From assembly GCF_009914755.1 (NCBI RefSeq), contig NC_060933.1: a DNA stretch of 64,000 nt, one strand, 5' to 3'. The DNA is from the human T2T-CHM13v2.0 reference genome, Homo sapiens. The position numbers and the translations under genes were made by a program. Every line of letters begins with the position of its first letter. Position 1 is the stretch's first letter. Positions 1 through 14,529 of this stretch are shown here, in pieces. A model generated the notes under the pieces. That model was given only the letters and a program-made list of their open reading frames with translations. It was not told where the DNA came from and searched no databases.

Positions 1-3000
1 AGACTCATGGTGACCAGTTCCTGACGCAGCCTCTAGGGAGGTAGCTGAGATGCCAGGGTGGAGCCGCCCTTGCCTTTCTCGCCTCCTAACTGTCTGGACG
101 CAGGGTTGTTTGCCTGGAGTCAAAGAGGGTAAAAATGGGTTTGTTGCTTGGTAAGAAGACCAGGTGCCAATGCACCGAGGGTGAGACAGCAAGCCTAACA
201 GAGCCAGGTGGGCGTGTCCTCCCCTTTGCTGGAACTCCTGCCTGCTGATATCAAGGTCGTCCTGAAAAGGCCGCTAGGGAGTTGGTCCTGATGCGCCTGT
301 GGGCCGAGCAGGTGTCTAATAGCCTGAGGCCGCTGCCTATTTAAGAACCACTTTTCCAAGCCCCCATTTCTCCCATGACAAAGGGAACTCACGGGTGATG
401 CCTGAAGGCCCTGTGTGCCATGGTGGCCAGCACGGTCCAGTCTGTGACCTTGTTCTGGGGGATGGAGAGAGGAGGAGGAGGGGGATCCCAGCCACCTGGA
501 GCCTGCAGCTCACCCATGCCTGCCCTGCATTTAGCAGCCACAGCCCTGGCGGGGGACAATGGCCTTGCCGGGATTGGTGGGCAGTGGCACCAGAAGTCTG
601 GGCTGGTTGCTACCCTCTGGTGGCCCTGGGCCCTCCTTTCTTGAATGTTCGGGCCAGTTCCCTCCTCTGTGCTTCAAGGCTGCTGGTGGACTCTGGGCTC
701 TGCAGATGCCACATGCAGTTCTGGTCTCGGGAACAGCTTTGCAGCTGGGCTTACCTGATGTGAAAGCAATAAATGAGTCCCCCAGTGCCTCCCAGCCCAG
801 ACTGGGGCAAGAGGGGTTGCCCAAGGGGTTTGCAACTCACGCTGAGAGCAGCCATCCTGAGAAAAGCCTCTAGCTATGCTGCCCAATTACGCAGCCTCCT
901 TGGGGGCACTGGGCCATCCACATCCCTCAAGTCCCTCAACGGTGACCCAGGGACAAGCCCCATGCCCCCCTCAGAGCCGCTGCACGGATGAAAAGAGGGA
1001 GAATGTCCCACGGCAGCGCCCCGCGTGGGATCGCCGGACAGGGGTGCCTTCGCAGGCCGCTGTAGACATGCAGTTTCACATTCATGCTTCACAATTGATC
1101 TGTGGGCTTCGTGTGTCCTCAGCTTTAGGAGATATGTCCGGGTGCCCCTCAGCAGTGCCTGTGCCACTTGCCCCCCAAGGGGCAGTCGACCTTCCTGTGC
1201 ACCCTCAGCTCGTTCTGGTGGAGAGAATAAGGCTCCCCGAGGTGACCCCCTATCTGCGCTATTACTGCTGCCTTCTCAGACCATGAGAAGGAACCCTGAG
1301 AAAGAACTTCTTCAGTTTAGAGGGAGTGCGTCTGCGTCTGCAGTAGGCAGTAGCAGCAGGCAGTGGCCTGGGCGTGGGCAGTTGCTGTCAGCTCAGAGCA
1401 GGAAACGGGCAGCTGAGGAGGCCAGGCTCCTCGGGCATCTGCGGCTGCGTCTGCCCGCGTGGACGTGGGACTCGCTCACTGCAGCCCCAGAGCGCAGCCT
1501 CAGCAGAACCAGCCTGCTCACAGCAGCCTCCTGTCTGATTAATCTGGGGGAGGAAGGGCTGCCCATAAGCAGACTCATTTTATTCTAATGCTGCTTTCTC
1601 AAGATTTTAATTTTCCATAGTGCTACATTCTAGTCCCCTTTCCTTAAAAAAAAAAAAAAAAGAAGAAGAAGAAGAAGAGATATAATTGGGACAATCCTCT
1701 ATCATATACATGCTATCTTATTCCACCTCGAGGTCTGCTTCCAAAAAGCAATTGTGTGCTACTTAATGGACAAGCACTCAGTGACTATGGGGGTAGAACA
1801 GAGCTCAGATTTCAAGATTTCAGCAGGATGTGGGCGGCCTGACTGTTCCCGTGGCAGGAGGGACCATCCTCCATCCCAGCTCCGGAGCAGCTGCCTGGCC
1901 TTGCGCAGAGCCCTTGGGGCCCTGTCCTGAAGCTGCTTCCCTGGAATTAATTGCTGCAAATTCCGCCCACCCAATGGCGCTGAAAGTGGGCTGAGCACCT
2001 ATTCTCTTTCACTTGTCAATTGCAGCAAATCCAACACAGGCTTCATGTAATGAAAGGAAATGAAGACGAGTCCAGGTGGGCTGCGGCCAGTGATGCCTCC
2101 AGCGAACCAGAGGGAACTCTGGTCCCTTGGGTGCAGTTTAAATGCTGCCACCCTAGGGACAACCAGGACCTGGAATGTGTCTGGCCAGGACAGTGCAGCA
2201 TTTCCTGACCCTGTCTAGGAAGGTGGAGGGACCGGAGCATTTCAGCAGCCCATCTCTACGCCAGGAAGGGGACTGGGTGTCCAATGTCCAGGTCTCAGTG
2301 TCTCACTGACATCTCCCAGCATGGCTCAGAGAGGCGCAGTGAGCTGCTCAAGGTCACACAGCCGAGGAGCAGCAGAGGGGAAGTCCACCCTCTGTGTGAG
2401 TCTCCCGACCCGAGCTCACCCCACCACATCGCAAGGTTGCCAAGGCAGCTCCAGCACCAGAAGGCAAGTTGCTCGGTTCCAAAAACAGTCCCTGGGTCCG
2501 GCAGCATAGACTTTAGGCATATCCAGGAGCCAGGACAAAGACACTTCCTGAGGGCAGCCCTAGGGCCTCATCTCTGCAAGATCCAATCATCTGCAGGGGC
2601 CAGAAAGTTCTATCGAGGGAAAAGGCTCAGGTCCCATCTCCTTTGCTGACCGTCTGTGACCTCAGCTTGCCTGGCCAGACCCTGTTTCTGCACATGGAAG
2701 AGGAGATGGGGGACTGCAGCTGGGGTGTGAAATGTGGACCTGGAAATGCTTGGTAAGCCGCAGCGGCTGACAAATACTACCTGGACGGAGCACAGAGAAG
2801 CCCCAGCATCACTCTTCTGGGCGTATACATGGCCGTGTCACTGCCACAGCTCAGCTCTCCACAAGGATGGAGAGGAACAAGCCATTCATCACCTCCTGGG
2901 GTGGAATCTTGTTAACTTAGGGCCGATGTCACCCCAGGGAGACAAAGCTGCACCAGGGCAGGGGAGGCTGGAAGGGCCAGGACAGGGGCTTGGGTCTCAT

Positions 3001-3896
3001 CCCCGGGTTTCACAGCTGGAAAAGCCAGATGGAGACTGAGAGGCAGTCTCTGAGGCTAAAACCTGGGCTGGGAACAGAAAGGGGTATGTGAAAGACACCA
3101 TGTGGCCTAGGACTCAACTTCAGCGGTGATTCCGAGGGAAGCATATCAGCAGTGAGTGTGGGAGTGGATAAGGCACAGGTGGCGCTTGCTGGTCACAACG
3201 ACTGCTTGGCCCACCTGAAGGCCGCCTCCTCCAGGAAGCCTGCCCGGAGTCCTGCTTCCCAGCTCGTGACCCCAGCTGCCTGCAGATAAACACCTCAACA
3301 GGACCCCAGTTGCGGGTTACTTCCCGCAGGCATTTCAGTGGCCCAGGTCCATGGTCCCTGACAGCCCTGATGGGAAAACTCTGTTCTCTCTGCTGCATCA
3401 GCACTGTGCACTGGGGATCCTCCAGCCTCCTCCTCTCCCCCTGCATCCTGGGCCCCCCATTGCCAGCCTTCTTTAACCCTGCTCCCCTCTCCCATAGGAC
3501 CCAAACCCCGCCTGTGATCTCTACTTTCCAGGACCCCAAGGTCTCCTGCCTGCTTTTCACGACTCCAACTGAAGGACCTTGCCCTGGAGTGAGGGCAGCC
3601 AGGCTGGTACCATGTGGCCTGAGGTGGGGGCTGGTGCTGACTGCCCTCCTCATAGGATGTTTTCCTGTGATCACCCTCAGAGCCCAGAGAGGGGCTTGTG
3701 CCCTCCTTGCTCACAGGCACCTGTGGCTTCTCCTGGGAGGCCAGGTCTCCTTGCCTGGCTGTTCCCTGTTCGCTTTCCTCCTCTCCTTTTCTTTCCTCAC
3801 TTGACTGGGAGCTTGGCGAGGAGGTGAGCTGTGTCTTCTCTCTTTCCCCAGGTTTACTCATTCATAGTATGTGGCTTAGGGCACATGAACTATACT

Positions 3897-4295
3897 ATGA
3901 ATGCATGCATGAATGAATGAATGCGCGAATGAATGTACGAATGAATGAATCATAAGTGAATGAATGCACAAATGAGTGCATGAATAAATGAATGAATGCA
4001 TGAATGAGTACACGAATGAATGAATACATGAATGAATGCATGAATGAATGCATGCATGAATGAATGCATAAGTGAATGAATGCACAAATGAGTGCATGAA
4101 TGAATTCATGAATGAGTGCATGAATGAATTCATGAATGAATGCATGAATACATGAATGCACAAGTGAATGCATGAATGAATGAATACACGAATGAATGCA
4201 TGAATGAATAGAATACACGAATGAATGCATGAATAAATGAATGAATGAATGCATGAATAAATAAATGAATGAATGAATGCATGAATGAATGCATG
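3897..4295 (+). repeat. (TGAA)n/(TGCA)-interrupted degenerate tetranucleotide repeat
   Basis: About 400 bp of atgaatgaatgc-type units; explains the HSF/IH-rich ORFs at 3876-4345. Confidence 0.95.
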
Positions 4296-5838
4296 CACAC
4301 CTGGATGCCTTCCTCAGACTCCGAAGGTCTGTGGTGCCCATTCAATTCTAGTAGGACCAGACGGGTATCACAGTTCCTGGTAGGGCTGTCTAATATCTTA
4401 AGCCTCCATCAATCTGCTTTTAATAATGAAATGACATTAAACCGCACACAGTATCTGTCTTATTAAATTGAAATTAAGTTTCTCATGGAGACATTAACGT
4501 TGACTGAGTTCTTGGCAGCTGTGTATGGGCCCAAGAGCAGGTGGTTAGGCTGATGCCTGGCACCTCTGCCCCACAAGCTGACCTTATTTGTAGCCTGGGA
4601 ACTGCCTGCCCTTCCCCGGTCTCTCGTCACCTCCAGGTGGGAGAGAAGGGCTGGCCGGCTGCCTTTCTCGTGCAGCATTCATATTGATTCAGAGGAGCAA
4701 GTGTGGAATCATTTATCATTCAATTAACGGTGTCAGCAGAGCCATTATTTAAATGGCCAGCCACATGTGTAATCAATCTTTAATGAAACAATAATTGTAC
4801 TTCCTAGTCAATGAGTGCCCTGCCTCCCCTAAAACGTTCTCAGTATGAATAATAAATAGCAATGGGTCCATGGCAAGGGCCAAGAGTTGGTGGGTTGATC
4901 CTTTCCAAGACAGCTGGGACGGTAATACCAATGGCACTGAGGAAAGAGGGGCCAGTAACCCACAATGGGGGTGAGAGTCCAAGTAGAAGTCCCTCAGCCC
5001 CACCCACCCCAGCGTCATCAGACGGGCCCTGGTTCGGGGGGCCTGGCTACACTGGCAAGGGCAGGGAGCACTTAGGACTGGACATCAGGGGACGTGGGGT
5101 TCTAATTCCAGCTGGGTCTCCATCTCCTGTGGGACCTCCGCTGATTCCCCTCGATCTCTGTGCCTCCTTTTCTGCATCTGAAGGGCAGGGTGGGCAAGAA
5201 TAGAAGAGGCCCCCAAGGGCTGCTTTGGGGCAGATATTTTGAGTATGTGGGCCATGCAGGAAAGAGGAAAGAATACAGGAACTTGCCCAGTTGCAGGTGT
5301 AGGTGAGACATCTGCACTCCCTGGCAGCTTCCCTGCAGCCCAGCAGCCCATACTCAAAAGTCATCTCCTGCAGTTTGCCACAGTAGAATGTTCTTTCCCC
5401 ATGCAAAGGTTCCAGGCCCCATGAGCAATAAAGCTCAGGTCCGGAGGGACTGGGAATGGGCAGAGCTTGGGGGCAGAGCCTGGACTGTCCAGAGCCTGTC
5501 TTATGCTGCTTGGGAGAGAGTGCTGTCCTGGGACAACTTCCTCCCTTGGTCTGTGTGCCAAGTCCTCCTCCTGGTCACATCAGGGGCCAGAGCAAGAAAC
5601 AGGCGCTGCCGATTGATTGTCACATTGGTCTTCGGGGTCTCTGAAAAGCTCAGTTTGCTCATTTCTTCCTGCTGAGATGTAGTGTGGGGAGGTATGGAAG
5701 ACAGGACTCAGCAGCAGCACTTTCCACAGAACAGGTAGAGTCCCTGTGCCTGCATCTTGTCCTCTTCACAGTGGAGAAACCGAGTCACTCCACTCAACCC
5801 TGCCACTCCTCAGTGTCCTCCCTAGAATCTCCCACAGC

Positions 5839-6140
5839 CCCTAAGAAGGCATCGTGCTGACCCGTTCACTCACCTAAGAAGGCACAGGGTGCTGACCTCT
5901 CCATCTGCCCAAGCAGGCACGTCGCTGACCCCTCCACTCACCTAAGAAGGTGCAGGGCGCTGACCTCTCCACCTGCCTAAAAAGGCACAGGGCGCTGACC
6001 TCTCCACCTGCCTAGGCAGGTGCATCACTTACCCCTCCACTCATCCAAGAAGGCGCAGAGCGCTGACCTCTCCATCTGCCTAAGCAGGTGCATCGCTGGC
6101 CCCTCCACCTGCTTAAGAAGGCGTGGGGCACTGACCTCTC
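5839..6140 (+). repeat. Minisatellite of ~33-35 bp units (~9 copies) with alternating A/B variants
   Basis: Repeated cctaagaaggcacagggcgctgacctctccacctg alternating with cctaagcaggtgcatcgctgacccctccactca. Confidence 0.85.
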
Positions 6141-6244
6141 TATTCAGCTATGAGCTCTGGGAGTCATCATTGGATTCACAGTGCCCAGGACATGAACAAC
6201 TGAAATTAAATAGCTAATTGTGAGATTCACTTCATGCCTCTCTC

Positions 6245-6340
6245 ACCTCTTAGGGCAGAGATCCTGTCTGTCTTTATTCACAGCTCTAGGCATATTAACC
6301 TTTGCAGAAAATAACACATAAATATTTGTTGAATAAATGT
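6245..6340 (+). mobile_element. L2 LINE 3' end fragment
   Basis: agggcagagatcctgtctgtctttattcacagc...aaatatttgttgaataaatg resembles the L2 3' terminus. Confidence 0.65.
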
Positions 6341-9300
6341 TTCTGGTAAAACTTTCCCTTGACTGAAGTAAATTTTTAAAAAGTAATGTAACTTTCAGCT
6401 AAGATAGAGTAATGGGAACCAGAATATTCTCTCTCGTGAGACGAGAAAGAAGAAAAGAAGAAAGGAAAGAAGGAAGGGAAGGGAAAGGAAGGGAGGGAAA
6501 AAACTGGACAAAATATATCAACCAATGGTTTGGACAAAATATATCAGACAACAAAAGCAACCCACCCTGAAGGATGTGAAATGAGAGGAAGCCCTGAGTG
6601 GGTGCTGTGACTGCTCGACCTTACTGCCTGGAGAAAGTTTTCAGGTAGCAGCACAGGAACAGGGAACTCATAGGTCTCCCAAAGTGGAGAAAACACTTAG
6701 GAGCTCAGGAAGACCACAGAGGGTGGAGACCACAGGGGAGGGCACTGGAGGGGAGACGGCTGCACAGAGAACTCTAGAAATCAGCTTGTGTGTGTGAAAA
6801 AAAACCACCTGAGGCCAGGGAAGAATCACCAAAGGAATTACAGGGAAGGATCCCAGGGGCTTATGCAGGATTAGGAACAGTGCCAGTTTCCACCAGCCAG
6901 AGTGCAAAGCACCCGACATCACCGGGCGTCAAGTGCACACGCAGGGGACTGTGGTGGTGTAAGGAGAGTTAGCCCTAGACTCAATTCTGCTGTTTTCACT
7001 TAAGAAAGCCTAAAAGCAAGATCCAAGAGGACAAATTGTTTCCATGTAACTTAACTGTGTTTCAGAATGAACTCAAGGGTATTACGTGTGTGTATGCATG
7101 TGCGTGTGTGTGTGTGCATGTGTGTGTATCCAGCATCCAATAAGGTAAAACTCAGAATGCCCAGCATCTAGCCAAAACTTATCAGGGGTGCGAAAAGCAA
7201 GAAAATACAATCCATACTAAGGAGAAAAATCAGTCACTTGAAAGCGACCCAGAAATGACACACATAATGAAATTAGTAGGTAAGGACATTAAGTGGTTAG
7301 TATAATTTAATTTCATACATTCAAGACTCACAGGAAATAATAAACATATCAGGTAGAGACATAGAAGAACCAAAATTTAAAAGAGAACCAAATCAAAATT
7401 CTACACATGGAAACTATAATATGTAAGATATATACTGTATAGGATTAATGGCAGAATTCACATTGAAGAATAAAGATGAGTGCAATTTAAAACATAGCAA
7501 TAAAAACTGTACAACATAAAATCCAGAGAAATAAAAACTTAAAAAAATAACAGCCTCAGTGGGTCCTGGGACAAGGTCAAACAGCCTAATATACATGTAA
7601 TTGGAGCCTACAAAGGAGAGAAAAGGAAGGTCAGAAAAAACATTTGACGAAATAAAATACAAACATTTTCTAAATGTGATAAAAACCATGAATCTGCAGA
7701 TCCAAGAATCTCAATGAACCCTAAGCGTGAAAAACCATAAAACAACAATACCAAGGCACAAATAAATGCTTTAAACTGATAATAAAGACAAAACCTTAAC
7801 AGTAGCCAGAGAAAAAAGACGTATTACATACAGAAGAACAAAGAGTGGTGGTGAACCTTTCGTCTGAATCGAGGCCAGTGAAAAGAAAGTAGAGGAACAT
7901 CCTCAAAGTCTGAAAGAAAAGCAAGGTTGTCAAACTGGAATTCTTTACCAGCAAAAATACCTTCAGAAAATGAACACAGAGCATCTCCCAAGAGCAACCA
8001 TACTGTAGACCATGAAACCAGTATCAATAAGCTTAAAAGGATTCAAGGAATATAAACTATGTTCTCTGACCGTGATGGATTTAAATTAGAAATTGACCAC
8101 AGAAAGCTATCTGGAAATCTCCAAATATTTGGAAATGAAATAGAACACTTCCTAATACACCAAGGATCAAAGAAGAAACCAAAAAGCAAATTAGAGAGTA
8201 TTTTGAACTGAATAAAAATGAAAATACAACAAATCAAAATTAAGGAAACAGAGAACTGAAGAATAATAAATAAAATCATTAAAAGCCAAAGTTTCTTTTT
8301 AAAGATCAATAAAATCTCTAGGCAGATTGACCAGGAAAAAGATAGAAAAGAAATGAGTTAACCAAATTAGGACTGACAGAGGTGACATTTATAAAAATTT
8401 CCCAGATAGTAAAAGGATAACAATAAGATACTGTAAATAACTTGTTGTCAATAAATTCAACAACTTAAATGCAATGGACATATGGTTTGAAAAACATGAA
8501 CCACCAAACACCAAAGCCCACTTAAGAATAAATAGATATCATGAATTTTCCAAATTTGTTAAAGAAATTTAATTTGTAGTTAAAGCCCATCCACAAGGAA
8601 ATGTACAATCTCATATAGCTTCACCACTGACTTCCACCAAATGAGAAAGAAAAATATCAATTTAAAATAATCTCTTCTAAAATCTTGAAAAGAAGGGACT
8701 GCTCAAGTCATTCCATGAGGTCAGAATTGATCTGAAAGCAAAATTAGACAAAGAGATTATGAGACAATAAACCTAAAGACCAATATTCCTTATGAGCATA
8801 AATGCAAACATTCTTAACAAAATTTTGGCAAATAAAAGCTAGTAATTCCTAAAAAGAGATAATACCTCATGACTACGTGTTTATCTCAGAAATGTAACAT
8901 TGACCTGACATTCAAAAAGTAATGTAACTTATATTAAGAAACCCAAACCAAAAAACATATGATTCTCTCAAGATTTGCTGAAAAGGTGTTTCACAAAATC
9001 TAATTGCATTCCTGATAAAAACTCTCAGAAAACTAGGAGTAGAAGGGAGCTTGCTTGCATAATAAAAGGTAACTGTAAAGAATCCACAGGCGGTACCATA
9101 TTTAGGTAACTAGGAGTAGAAGGGAACTTGCTTGCATAATAAGAGGTATCTATAAAAAACCCACAGGTGGTACCATATTTACTGGACAACCAAATGCTCT
9201 CCCCTAAGGTAAAAAACAAATAATGACACTGGCCCACCCAACTCCTACTCAGCATTATATTGGGGATTAACCTTTCAATAAGTCAAGAAAAGTAAATAAA

Positions 9301-9520
9301 AGGCACCCTGCATGTAAAGAAGGAAGGAAGTTGTCTGAAATCACAGAAGACATGATCATCTACATAGAAAATAGCATGAACTCTAAAACAACAACAGCGA
9401 CAACCCCTAGAACTGATAGTGGGTTTAACAAGGATGCAGGGTACAAGATTAATATACAAAAGTCAACTTTTATGTATTAGTAACAAACATTTGGAAATTG
9501 AAATTGAAAATGCAAAACTA

Positions 9521-9787
<267 letters not shown>

Positions 9788-10299
9788 CTATTTACAATAA
9801 CATCAAAAGACATAAGATACTTAGAGGTAAGTTGGACAAAAGTTTTCCAAGACCTGTGCGCTGAAACTACAAAATACTGCAGAGAAAAATTTAAAAGAAC
9901 AAAGTATAGTGACAGCCGCATTCAGAGATTGGAAGCCTCAATATTGTTAAGATGTGAGTTCTTCCCAATTTGAGCTATAGATTCTATACACTGCCAATCA
10001 AAACCCCAGCAAGTTTTCTCAGATAATAAACTGATTCTAAAATTTATATGGCTTTTGGGGCATTTCAGGGTTTCAGAAAATGAATAAAAAGAAAAGTAAA
10101 ATGTACATGGAAATTCAAAGTATCTGGAACAGCTAAAGCAACTTTGAAAATGAAGCATAAATAGAGGACTTGTTCAAGTCTGATGATAAAGCTGCAGTAA
10201 TCAGAAGGCACCATGTCATGGAAAAGGTGGAAGAGACACGTGTTGATGGAACAGAGTGTAAAGGCCAGAGGTAGACCCACATGTATGTGGTTAGCTGAT

Positions 10300-10425
10300 T
10301 TTCCCTTCCCTCCCTCCCTTCCTTCCTTCCTCTTTCTTTCTCTCTTTCTCTGTCTCTCTCCCACTCCCTCCCCCTCCCCCTTCCCCTCCCCATCCCTTCC
10401 CCCCTCCCCCTTCCCCCTCCCCCAT
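10300..10425 (+). repeat. Polypyrimidine low-complexity tract (CCTT/CT/CCCCT)
   Basis: cccttccctccctcccttccttcc...ccccctcccccttccccctccccc. Confidence 0.9.
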
Positions 10426-10856
10426 TTTCACCAATAGTGCTAGAACCATTGCATGTGGATATCCACAGGCAATAAATGAACTTCTGCAGAGCCTGCACCA
10501 TATGCAAAAATTAACTTAGAATGAATCCTAGGCTTAAGTGTAAAACCTAAAACCATAAAACATCTAATAACAACAACAAAAAACAACAGGAGAAAAATAT
10601 TTGTGATCTTGGGTTAGGCAACAATTTCTTAGTTACAATACTAAAAGCATGAAAGAGAAACATTGGGTAAATTAGACTTCATTAGGAACTTATGTTCTTC
10701 AAAAGACATCACTAAGAGAACAAAATTACCACAGACTGCAAGAAAATATTTGCAATCCTGTATTTGAAAAAGAACTTATATCCAGATAATAAGGCAATGA
10801 ACAACCCAGTTAAGTAAGTGGGGAAAAGACTTGAATGGATATCTCACCAAGAAGCC

Positions 10857-11181
10857 ATATATATATGTATGTATGTGTATATATATATATGTGTGTGTGT
10901 GTGCATATATATATACATATATATGTGTGTGTGTGTGTATATATATATGTGTATATATATATGTGTATATATATGTGTATATATATATGTGTATATATAT
11001 GTGTATATATATATGTATATATATATGTGTGTATATATATGTGTATATATATATGTGTGTATATATATGTGTATATATATATGTGTATATATATGTGTGT
11101 ATATATATATGTGTATATATATATGTGTGTATATATATATGTGTATATATATGTGTGTATATATATATGTGTATATATATA

Positions 11182-11212
<31 letters not shown>

Positions 11213-11228
11213 GTGTGTGTATATATAT
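10857..11228 (+). repeat. Compound (TA)n/(TG)n microsatellite
   Basis: About 370 bp of alternating purine-pyrimidine atatatatgtgt units; source of the YI/CV ORFs. Confidence 0.97.
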
Positions 11229-11255
11229 GACAAACACATAAAAATGCTCAATATC

Positions 11256-11627
11256 CGTCCAGGCACGGTGGCTCACACCTGTCATCCCAGCACTTTGGGA
11301 TGCTGAGGCAGGATGATCACTTGAGCCCAGGAGTTTGAGACCAGCCTGGGCAACATGGTGAAACCCCGTCTCTATTAAAAATACAAAAATTAACCAGGCA
11401 TGGTGGCTCATGCCTGTAATCCCAGCACTTTGGCAGGCTGAGGCCAGGCAACATGGTGAAACTTGAGCCCAGACAACATGGTGAAACTTAGGCCTGGCGG
11501 TGAGTGCCTATGGTCCCAGCTACCTGGGTGGCTGAGATGGGAGGATCACTTGAGCCCGAGGCTGCAGTGAGCCAAATTGTGCCACTGCACTCCAGCCTAG
11601 GTGACAGAGTGAGACTGACTCCAAAAG
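11256..11627 (+). mobile_element. AluJ-like element with internal rearrangement (extra partial left arm)
   Basis: Left arm, second left-arm start, duplicated caacatggtgaaactt, then right arm. Flanked by TSD aaaaatg(c/t)tcaatatc at 11240-11255 and 11628-11643. Confidence 0.9.
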
Positions 11628-12159
11628 AAAAATGTTCAATATCATTAGTCATTAGGGAAATATAAATTAAAACCACAATGAGATATTGTGTGGGGATGAA
11701 GTGCCAAGGGCTCAAGGAAACTGTCAGGAATGGGGGCCGTGTGCATCACCATGATCGTGGTGATGGTCATGAGTACACACACATGTCAAAGCTGATCAAG
11801 TTCTACACTTTAGATGTGTGCTGTTTACTCTATGTCAGTTATACCTCAATAAGGCCGATAAAAAATAATAAACACCTATTAAATAGCTGAATTTCATAGG
11901 CCTATTTAAATGGCTTATTACAAGGCCTGGGCACACCCAGTGTGATGTGGAAGACCCAGGGATGTAAAATGGGACAAGACTTTGAAAACCATTTGGAAGG
12001 TTCCAGATAAACACTCACCCACCATATGACAAGGCTACTTCCCTCGTATGTATTTACGCAAGATATGAAAGTGTGCATCTGTCCAAAGGCTTACACATGA
12101 ATGCTCACAGCAGCTTCATCTGTAATAGTCAGAACCTGGGAAAAACCCAGCTGGCATCA

Positions 12160-12996
<837 letters not shown>

Positions 12997-14529
12997 CTAA
13001 TCCATAGTGACCTAAAGTAGGGTCGTTAGTTGCCTGAATGGGAGGGAGGAGGGAAAGGGGAGGGAAGAAGTTCCAAGGACACAAGGAAACTCTCAGGAGT
13101 GGGGTCTGCGTGTCTCACCATGATCGTGGTGATAGTATCACAAGTACACAGAAGTGTCAAAGCTGATCAAATTGTACACTTTACATATGCACTGTTTACT
13201 CTATATCAGTTATACCTCCATAAGGCTGATAAAAAAAATACACAAAGTTTCCACAGCAGAGATGTGTGGCGGGCAATTGCTAATGTGGTTTTCTCTGTGG
13301 AAACAGGAAGGGCCTGGCATGACCAGCCCCCAATCCTCCATTCGAAAAGAATCTGTCCGGCCTCCTCCAGGCCCCGATCTGCTTGCCGGGTCCCTGGGAA
13401 TGGCCTCAATTTTTAGAGGACTTCAGGTTGTCCTTGTGCTTTGGAAGGGGACTCTCCAAGCCTGTGGGGCAGGAGTTCTTCAGGGCTTCTGAGCCAGGGG
13501 GCCCCTTGGCATCTGCTGTTGCCTATGGAACCCTTTTCAGGATGTTTGCAAATGACATATCATAGGGTTTTTAAATTCTTAACAAAATAGTCAGGATTTC
13601 AAAATAAACGACTTGCTTTAAAGTACTGTTATCAGATATTTTCTTCAGGTGTGACACAATGGCCTGATCCTGGGCCAGTCCCTTTACCTGGCCCTGTGGC
13701 AGGAAGGAGGCTGCATCACGTGTGGCCGGTGGGCTTAATAACTCCGCAATTCCCAAGCCGTGGTGAATAAAAAGGATATTTGAAGTTAGCAGCAATGGCT
13801 ACCTCGAGAGATCAAAGATCTGTGGTTTTCCCTGTGCACAAAGTCGCATGTACTGTGGTCGTCTATAAGCATTATCGAGAGAAATGACGGATGATCAGAA
13901 ATTTATTTTTAAAAACTGCAACGTGTTTTCCATCTAAATTCACAGACCCAAGGGTAAAACCCCTGTTAGAGGCACCAGGCTGTAACCTCCATGCCCAGGC
14001 CAGTCTGCCTGGAGATGCGGGGTGGTGTCCGGAAAGCTGCAGGTATCGGCATCTGGAAATGACCCTGTATCTGAGGGGTGAAGTCAGCCCAGCGCAAGGC
14101 CTTGCACCTGGGGAGAGAGCCAGACAAAACCTTCCACCTTCCAGTGAAGAATAAAAACAACCCAGCTGTGTGATCCAGGGCATTTGCCGACTCCATAATT
14201 AACGAGGTGGGGGAGGCACCTTCTCAGCCTCTGCTGGAGGTGACATGGTGGGAGCTGGGTGGCCGGGGGGCAGGTGGGGGTGCCGGCGCAGAGGAGCTGA
14301 GGTTGAGCCTAGAATCTCAGCGACTTAGGAGATCCCAGGAGCCAGCCCTGGGAGAAAGGGGCCTTCCCAGGCCAGGGCCTCTCCTGGCACTTGCTGCCAG
14401 CAGGAGTGCCAGCTGACACTCTCCTGTGTGCACAGCAACTCAGCAAGGTGTACCCAGCCCTTAAAAACGCTCATCCTCTCAGCCAGCGAGTCCTCCTTCA
14501 CAGCGACTATCCAAAGCAAGTAACCATGT

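Noticed and set aside
605-628. Possible CTCF motif (GGCCACCAGAGGGTAG on minus) and other partial matches
   Set aside because: Mismatches at core positions; cannot be supported without a PWM scan or ChIP data.
876-3861. Several 130-190 aa ORFs in unique GC-rich DNA (1025-1588, 3120-3674, 3295-3861, 3310-3804)
   Set aside because: No recognisable domain; they overlap on both strands as expected by chance at this GC content.
10776-11411. Tyr/Ile/Cys/His-rich ORFs
   Set aside because: Translations of the (TA)/(TG) microsatellite plus Alu sequence.
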